Positions 58,534 through 64,000 of a DNA stretch of 64,000 nt are shown here, in pieces (positions within the stretch are counted from its first letter, which is position 1; every line of letters starts with the position of its first letter). The DNA comes from Candidatus Bathyarchaeota archaeon (lineage in GTDB: Archaea > Thermoproteota > Bathyarchaeia > Bathyarchaeales > Bathycorpusculaceae), in NCBI GenBank assembly GCA_963775685.1, contig CAVZJV010000014.1, forward strand, positions 1,376,001-1,440,000, in the 5' to 3' direction. The position numbers were made by a program, and so were the translations under genes. The notes below the pieces were generated by a model, which was given only the letters and a program-made list of their open reading frames with translations, was not told where the DNA came from and searched no databases.

Positions 58534-59586
58534 TCAGACCGGATGGAACCCAGTGCTCTTGAGGCCGGTGGTTTCGTCAATACCCATTAGCAAGTTGAGA
58601 CATTGGACCCCTTGTCCTGCGGCGCCCTTGGTCATGTTGTCGATTGCTGAGAAGAGCAGGAGACGGTTAGCGTGTTCGTCTATTTCGAAACCGACATCGC
58701 AGAAGTTTGTGCCAATGACAATTTTTGGGTCAGGTAGTTGGTATGGTCCCTTCTGGTACTTGACTATGCGGACGAATGGTTCGGTGCCATACATGCCGCG
58801 GAGGGCTTTCCAGAGGTCTTTGCTGGATAGGGGCTGTTTGGGGAAAGCGTGGATAGTTGCAAGTATGCCTCGTACCATGTTGACTGCGTGTGGGGTGAAG
58901 CCGATTTTGACGGGTTCAGTAGCAAGAGCGGTTAGTTCTTGTTCTACTTCAGCGGTGTGGCGATGCCCTGCGACTTGGTAAGGACGGACTCCGCTGAAGC
59001 GTTCTGGGTGGTGTGAGGCAAGGTTTGGTTTGCTGCCGCCGCCAGAGGATCCAACTTTTAGGTCAACAATTATCTTGCTGTTGTCAACTAAGCCCGCATC
59101 TACTATGGGGGCTAAACCGAGGATGGCTGATGTTGCCATGCAGCCTGGGCAAGCAACAAGTTTTGCTTTTTTGATTTCTTCCCGGTGAAGCTCAGGCAAA
59201 CCGTAAGCGGCTTCTTTTAGCATTTCGGGATGAGCATGTTTCCAACCATAGTAAGATTCATAATCTGCCGGGTTTTTGAGGCGGAAGTCGGCGCTCATGT
59301 CGATGACTTTCAAGCCTGCCTCAAGCAGTTTGGGAACCAAGTTCACTGAGCCGCCGTGTGGGGTAGCTGTGAAGACTAAGTCGCAGCTTTTCTGTAGTTC
59401 ATCCATGTCTTGGGGAACAAATTTCAGTTGTGTCATTCCTCTGAGGTTTGGGTGAACATTAAATACATATTCTCCTGCGCTTTGCCGTGAAGTAACCATC
59501 GTTACCTCTACCTCTGGGTGCATAAGCAGCAGTCGAAGAAGTTCACTGCCAACGTATCCTGAACCGCCGATTATTCCAATTCGCAT
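58534..59586 (-). CDS. lysY: [LysW]-glutamyl/aminoadipyl-phosphate reductase (LysY/ArgC)
   Basis: GGSGYVG, DMSADFR, YGLPE, PGCMAT, HHPER and DN..KGAAGQ motifs. Confidence 0.95.
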   Translation of the reverse strand: MRIGIIGGSGYVGSELLRLLLMHPEVEVTMVTSRQSAGEYVFNVHPNLRGMTQLKFVPQDMDELQKSCDLVFTATPHGGSVNLVPKLLEAGLKVIDMSADFRLKNPADYESYYGWKHAHPEMLKEAAYGLPELHREEIKKAKLVACPGCMATSAILGLAPIVDAGLVDNSKIIVDLKVGSSGGGSKPNLASHHPERFSGVRPYQVAGHRHTAEVEQELTALATEPVKIGFTPHAVNMVRGILATIHAFPKQPLSSKDLWKALRGMYGTEPFVRIVKYQKGPYQLPDPKIVIGTNFCDVGFEIDEHANRLLLFSAIDNMTKGAAGQGVQCLNLLMGIDETTGLKSTGFHPV

Positions 59587-59610
59587 TTCTTTTTCCTCTT
59601 TTTTTGATTA

Positions 59611-60792
59611 TTAGTCTATTAGGCTTTGAGCGCCCTTTAGGAGCGGAATTGCCACGTTAAGCCCCGTTGCGAGTCTTGTGTTCTCCCAGAATTCTGGACA
59701 AGAATTCGACTCATGGAACACCAACGCACTCTTATTTTTTTCTACGCTTTCTTCAATTATATTCTTAATGTTTTCGTAAGCCTTACTGCTCTTGTAAACA
59801 CTGAAAGTTTTCTCTAACTTACCAGTCCAACCTTCAAAATCATTCAAGCGACTCTCGTCCGCCTTGACTTTCTGGACAGGACCAAACGCTTCCGCAGCTA
59901 AATCCAATTGACTCTTCAGGCAAGTCTCATCGGCATTCTTGTTATCGCCAACGTTCACCATTGCATCCAAAGCAAAAATCCAAGCGTCACTGCCTTTGCC
60001 AAGGGTTTTGCCGCATTTCACCGCCAACTCCTGAATACTCACGGGCAGTTTAGCGTGGAAAACCAAGTTGCCGAGAAAGGTATTAGTGCGAAAATCCTTA
60101 AAGCCTGCGCGTGCCATCGAGGTGTGATAGCAAACGGGGTGTTTTCCTTTCTCTTTAGAGACGATTATGCGTAGATCGTAGAACCATTTCTGAACAAGTT
60201 CTTGAGCCACTACGCCAATGGGATTAATGATTGAGGGTTTGGTTTCTTTGATATTTGCTTCAAGTTCTTCGCGATTTTGGGAGAGCATTATCATTTTGCC
60301 GTGTGTGCCAGCATCCGCCTTGATTACGATGCCGTCGTCAAGGGGGATTTCTTGCTCGAAGAGGTCAGCTATATCTTTTTCGTTGTGGATTTCTCTGCCG
60401 TTCTTCATAGTGTCGGTGGCGTCGCAGGGCACAAAGACGGTTTTGGGAATAGGGATGCCTTCTTTGTGAAGATTTAGAAGAGTCCGGAGTTTGCTATAAC
60501 AGACGAATTCAATTTGTGAGGAGTTTAGTGTTTTTTTGCCGAGCATCTCCATGAGGTAGGAGGCTTGTAACCGGCGGTTTTTGCTTTGCGCCCGGTTAAG
60601 CACCACTTTGGTGTTTTCAATGATGTCTAAATAGTCTTTGCCTTTGGTTTTTGCGCTAAAGCCGTCTTTGGAGATAGATAAAGCGATTTTGCGGAAGGGA
60701 ATAAAGCTTAGATCGATGCCGAGTTGCTGAGCGGTGAGCTTTATGCCGTTCTCATCATTTTCCGATCGCTCATAAAGAAGGGCAATGCTCAT
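59611..60792 (-). CDS. Divergent ATP-grasp ligase of the LysX/ArgX/RimK family
   Basis: NR, SKLRT..L....IPIPKT, K...GTHG, QE, DLR, FRTN and ESN..PEF motifs. Directly follows lysW; about 75-aa insertion. Confidence 0.78.
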   Translation of the reverse strand: MSIALLYERSENDENGIKLTAQQLGIDLSFIPFRKIALSISKDGFSAKTKGKDYLDIIENTKVVLNRAQSKNRRLQASYLMEMLGKKTLNSSQIEFVCYSKLRTLLNLHKEGIPIPKTVFVPCDATDTMKNGREIHNEKDIADLFEQEIPLDDGIVIKADAGTHGKMIMLSQNREELEANIKETKPSIINPIGVVAQELVQKWFYDLRIIVSKEKGKHPVCYHTSMARAGFKDFRTNTFLGNLVFHAKLPVSIQELAVKCGKTLGKGSDAWIFALDAMVNVGDNKNADETCLKSQLDLAAEAFGPVQKVKADESRLNDFEGWTGKLEKTFSVYKSSKAYENIKNIIEESVEKNKSALVFHESNSCPEFWENTRLATGLNVAIPLLKGAQSLID

Positions 60793-60868
60793 CGCTTTCA
60801 GCTTCCGTTAAAAAATATTTTCCTTAAAAAGGTGATTTAAAACAAGAGATTTGGTTGTTGGATACTGC

Positions 60869-61075
60869 TTATTCGCCCCAGTCTTCGCCTTCAATGGTTA
60901 ACTCTTGAAGGTCAACGCAACCGCATTTTATCTGTTTGACTTCGAGCTCAAGTCCACAGCCAGGGCAACTTACGATTTCTCCTTTTTCTGTGTCGGCTGG
61001 AACATCAAGGTCTGCGTCACAGTCTGGGCATTTTGCTTTTGCGTTTGGTTGGTTTGAGTTTACGGGTTTAATCAT
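60869..61075 (-). CDS. lysW: Amino-group carrier protein LysW
   Basis: CPDC and CPGC Zn ribbon; C-terminal EDWGE. Confidence 0.96.
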   Translation of the reverse strand: MIKPVNSNQPNAKAKCPDCDADLDVPADTEKGEIVSCPGCGLELEVKQIKCGCVDLQELTIEGEDWGE

Positions 61076-61131
61076 TTTTTATTCGTCACTTTATTTTTTT
61101 TGGAAATGTCTTTTTGATAAATTCAGTATTC

Positions 61132-61160
61132 TTTTTAAATGTTGTGACCAATTTGTTACA
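61132..61160 (-). promoter_or_regulatory. lysW operon TATA box with adjacent near-palindromic operator TGTGAC-N6-GTTACA
   Basis: Plus strand reads TTTTTAAA-tgt-TGTGAC-caattt-GTTACA, with spacing identical to the argG site. Confidence 0.7.
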
Positions 61161-61322
61161 AGTTAGACTTTTAATGTTCCATTTGGTACAGCTCTTTCAG
61201 TCGTTTAAACAAATTAGAACGTACTGTTACTGCGCAGAAACAACGAATTCCGCATTGTCTTATTAAACAACGTAATGGAAAGCGTTAAATTTTTCTATAA
61301 CAATAGATGCCTGGGTAAAAAA

Positions 61323-61733
61323 ATGGATGAAAAAGACAAACAGATCATCAAGCTCCTAAAAGACGACGCAAGGTCAGGCTACGGCGACATAGGCGCCAAA
61401 GTAGGTTTATCTGAAGGAGCAGTGAGGAAGAGAATCAAAACATTAATTGATGAAAACGTCATAAGAAAATTCACAGTAAAAATCGGAGTTGCTGAAGGCG
61501 CCCAAGCCATAACACTGCTTGCCACAAACCCAACGCACCCAACCCAGGAAGTATCCAAGAAAATCCAAGAAATCCCCAACGTTGAAACCATCTACGAAGT
61601 TACAGGAGAATACGACATCGTTGCAGTCATCACTGGAATGAACGTGACAGAAGTTAACGAGTGTATAGAGAAAATCCGCCGAGTCGAAGGCATCATGAAA
61701 ACCAACACCATGATTGTCTTGAGAAGCTGGTAG
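61323..61733 (+). CDS. Lrp/AsnC family regulator (LysM-like)
   Basis: MDEKDKQII..L..DAR...GLSEGAVRKRI helix-turn-helix; EVTGEYDI RAM domain; divergent from lysW. Confidence 0.93.
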   Translation: MDEKDKQIIKLLKDDARSGYGDIGAKVGLSEGAVRKRIKTLIDENVIRKFTVKIGVAEGAQAITLLATNPTHPTQEVSKKIQEIPNVETIYEVTGEYDIVAVITGMNVTEVNECIEKIRRVEGIMKTNTMIVLRSW

Positions 61734-61833
61734 CCAACCTGCAAGAAGCGAACTCGCAATCTACAACCTCAGCAACTGGAAGATATCAAAGATTCTCCGA
61801 AGAATCAGCGAATTTTTTACAGACCTGAGTTCT

Positions 61834-62045
61834 TCAATATGCAGGTGGAAAGATTTTGTCTTCGCCTTCTATATAATTAGCAGCACTTTATTCATCTCTT
61901 TGAAGGGCTCAAGAAAGGTTATTCCACGAGCAGTGCGTGGATCTGTGGCTAATATTTGCCTTGTACAAGATATGAGTCAACTTTAAGGGACCTCTTTGTG
62001 CTAGAACATTCGCAAAAGGCTTAAAATGCTTTCTAAACGTCTCAA
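61834..62045 (-). pseudogene. Winged-helix DNA-binding protein remnant
   Basis: Read by hand: LAQRGPLKLTHILYKANI / TARGITFLEPFKEMNKVL / EDKIFPPAY*. The central helix is missing and there are frameshifts. Confidence 0.65.
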
Positions 62046-62203
62046 TGTGTTCACTCAAACCTTAAAGCAATACGATAGGCTGGACCAACCCTGTCGAACG
62101 ACCTATGTTCGATACGTGCGATCACGTGGTACTTGAAAAAGAGTCTTTTCACCTTGAATACTGTGGCTATGAATTTGCAAGCGCAGGCATTATATTAAAA
62201 TGC

Positions 62204-62917
62204 TTACTTTCGTGGCTTCTCAATTTTTTCAACTTTATCAACTAGGCCTATGTAGGCTAAGTCAGTTAAGTCTATGAAAAAACCTGTCTCAACTACTCCC
62301 GGAATCATTTTTACTTTAACTGCTAACTCAGCAGGACTCTGTATCTCGCCAAAAAATACATCTATAACTGCGTTGCCGTTGTCGGTTATCACTGGACCCA
62401 ACTTGCCTTTTCCCTCGCGAACCACAGGCTTTGCGCCCAAACCGACGATTTTATGCTTAACTAACGCAATAGCGAATGGCAGAACTTCGATGGGAACAAA
62501 CTGGTTGTTTTCGCCTAGTAGTTTAACTTTCTTGGACTGGTCAGCTATGATTACGTTAAGTTTTGAGGATGCCGCAACAATTTTTTCCCGTGCCAAAGCT
62601 GCACCGCCTCCCTTGATTAGGAACAAATCGAGTGTTAATTGGTCTGCGCCGTCTATGGTTACATCGATTACTGGATGCTCATCTAAAGTCGTGATTGGGA
62701 TACCGCATTCAACCGCCAACAGAAATGCTTGGTAAGAAGTTGGGATACCCATGATGCTGATTTTTTCTTTTTTAATTCGTTCGCCCAATGCTTTGATGGC
62801 AAATGCAGCAGTGCTTCCGCTGCCTAAACCCACAATGAAGCCATCTCTAACATGTTTAATTGCTTCTAAAGCGGCGTTTTGTTTTGACTGTTGGATTGGA
62901 TCAAGGTTAGCTTTCAA
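62204..62917 (-). CDS. rpiA: Ribose-5-phosphate isomerase A
   Basis: GLGSGST, DGAD, KGGGAALAREK, PIEV, TDNGN and GVVETG motifs. Confidence 0.97.
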   Translation of the reverse strand: MKANLDPIQQSKQNAALEAIKHVRDGFIVGLGSGSTAAFAIKALGERIKKEKISIMGIPTSYQAFLLAVECGIPITTLDEHPVIDVTIDGADQLTLDLFLIKGGGAALAREKIVAASSKLNVIIADQSKKVKLLGENNQFVPIEVLPFAIALVKHKIVGLGAKPVVREGKGKLGPVITDNGNAVIDVFFGEIQSPAELAVKVKMIPGVVETGFFIDLTDLAYIGLVDKVEKIEKPRK

Positions 62918-63656
62918 TTTCCATCTGTCCTAACTTATCTAGTACTTTCTCGACTTCGCTTCTGATTGATTCTATGCGTCTTTCAGCTTCGGTTTTAGCA
63001 TCTGGTTTGGCTTCTGGTGGTTTGCGTTTCTTCTTAGGTTTCTCTTCTCCCGCAACCACTTCTGGTGTTTCTTCTTCCTCGTCTTCCTCATCGTTCTCCA
63101 TTTGAACTGGAGTTTGCGAGGGCAATTTTATTGGGATTTCACGGATTGGTTTAACGTCAATTCTTGTTCTGAGCTCTTCTACTTTACTGGTTAATTCTCC
63201 GAAGCGCTCACTGAATAGTTTCATGAGGTCTTCCTGCATGCCTTCAAGCTCATGCAAGGCGACAATGCTTTCGTCCTTAGAAATCGATTCTTTTATGGTG
63301 TTCATCCTGCTTTTGTAGGTGATAGCCATCTTGTCTCTTTCTTGCTCAGTAATTTTGCCCTCAGCGTGAGCTTCGTAAAGCCTTCTTAACGCGTCCCCTA
63401 AAATGTCGCGTTCTAAATCAAGCATGCGCAACTCATTTTTTGCGTCTGATGCCATTGTTGTTTGAACGCTTTTAGAAACCTTAAACGGTAGAGGGGAATA
63501 TTCAGGATCCAAGTTTGCGGTTTGTTTTTGCGACTGTTTTTTTGGTACAGGTTTTCTTCCGCCCAATTTTCTCATGGCAAAAATTACTGATCCAGAGGCG
63601 ATGATTACCACTAACAACACTACCGTCACAATTATGGGGTCATCGTACCAAACCAA
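62907..63656 (-). CDS. Membrane-anchored coiled-coil hypothetical protein
   Basis: N-terminal transmembrane helix, helical core, acidic then basic linker, C-terminal helix; overlaps the rpiA start. Confidence 0.8.
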   Translation of the reverse strand: MVWYDDPIIVTVVLLVVIIASGSVIFAMRKLGGRKPVPKKQSQKQTANLDPEYSPLPFKVSKSVQTTMASDAKNELRMLDLERDILGDALRRLYEAHAEGKITEQERDKMAITYKSRMNTIKESISKDESIVALHELEGMQEDLMKLFSERFGELTSKVEELRTRIDVKPIREIPIKLPSQTPVQMENDEEDEEEETPEVVAGEEKPKKKRKPPEAKPDAKTEAERRIESIRSEVEKVLDKLGQMEIES

Positions 63657-63840
63657 GCCATGACATCCTCAATATCTTCATTGCACACCATGCATATATT
63701 AATTAATATAATGCCTATCTTTGGCGCTTCAAGTTTAAATAAATATTGCAAGCTTCTTGTCGTTCGCTTTTTTGTGGGCACCAAGCTTTTTGGTTATTTT
63801 GTGATTTTTTGTTTTTGCCTCTTTATGTGGTGTGGGCTTT

Positions 63841-64000
63841 TCAGGGCTGCCACACATCAGGTTGTGGATTGGGTTGCATTTTGGGGTTAGGTTGCTTTTC
63901 AACGTCTGTTTCGATTCGAGAAATCCGATTTCCTCCACACGCCAAACATAATTTCGTGCAAAAACCGCCATCATGTGGATGTGGAGGATGTTGCGTTTGC
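63841..64000 (-). CDS. Possible 3' end of a Cys-containing protein running off the window
   Basis: Open frame ...HDGGFCTKLCLACGGNRISRIETDVEKQPNPKMQPNPQPDVWQP*. Confidence 0.3.
   Translation of the reverse strand, partial: QTQHPPHPHDGGFCTKLCLACGGNRISRIETDVEKQPNPKMQPNPQPDVWQP

Noticed and set aside
63695-63710. Perfect AT palindrome TATATTAATTAATATA
   Set aside because: It is low complexity and coincides with the expected TATA region of the 62907-63656 gene.
63735-63974. 79-aa minus-strand ORF in the track
   Set aside because: It has a low-complexity Lys-rich tail and no motif, and another frame ending at 63841 looks at least as plausible. This cannot be resolved at the window edge.

Overview
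Archaeal DNA, most likely Bathyarchaeia; the lineage is inferred from gene content and protein families only. The window is mostly an amino-acid biosynthesis super-cluster: ilvBN-leuCDBA-pheA; an 11-gene archaeal ADH-route shikimate/tyrosine operon headed by its own aspartate kinase; the aspartate-semialdehyde sulfurtransferase homocysteine trio; argGH-carAB; an ACT-domain gene followed by thrC-hom-lysC; and a LysW-carrier operon with a divergent Lrp gene. Other intact genes are a group 3b-like [NiFe] hydrogenase with fused beta-gamma subunits, a Pat-type acetyltransferase, a 1454-aa Cas4/RecB-like nuclease-SF1 helicase, a Na+/H+ antiporter and two surface proteins. At least eight accessory genes are decayed. 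The most striking unannotated signal is a 28-codon leader ORF, MFNAKNIVSGNAAPFQSFDYCFYYYHFP (19261-19347, minus strand), in front of the aromatic operon. Its C-terminal half is packed with Phe/Tyr codons and is followed by a 10-bp hairpin with competing pairings, making it a candidate ribosome-mediated attenuator in an archaeon. A second regulatory layer is a near-palindrome, TGTGAC-N6-GTTACW, placed identically at the TATA boxes of argG and of the lysW operon. argG also lacks a canonical in-frame start, which points to an ATA start, an indel, or an Arg-codon-dependent +1 frameshift. No tRNA, rRNA, CRISPR array or transposase was seen.
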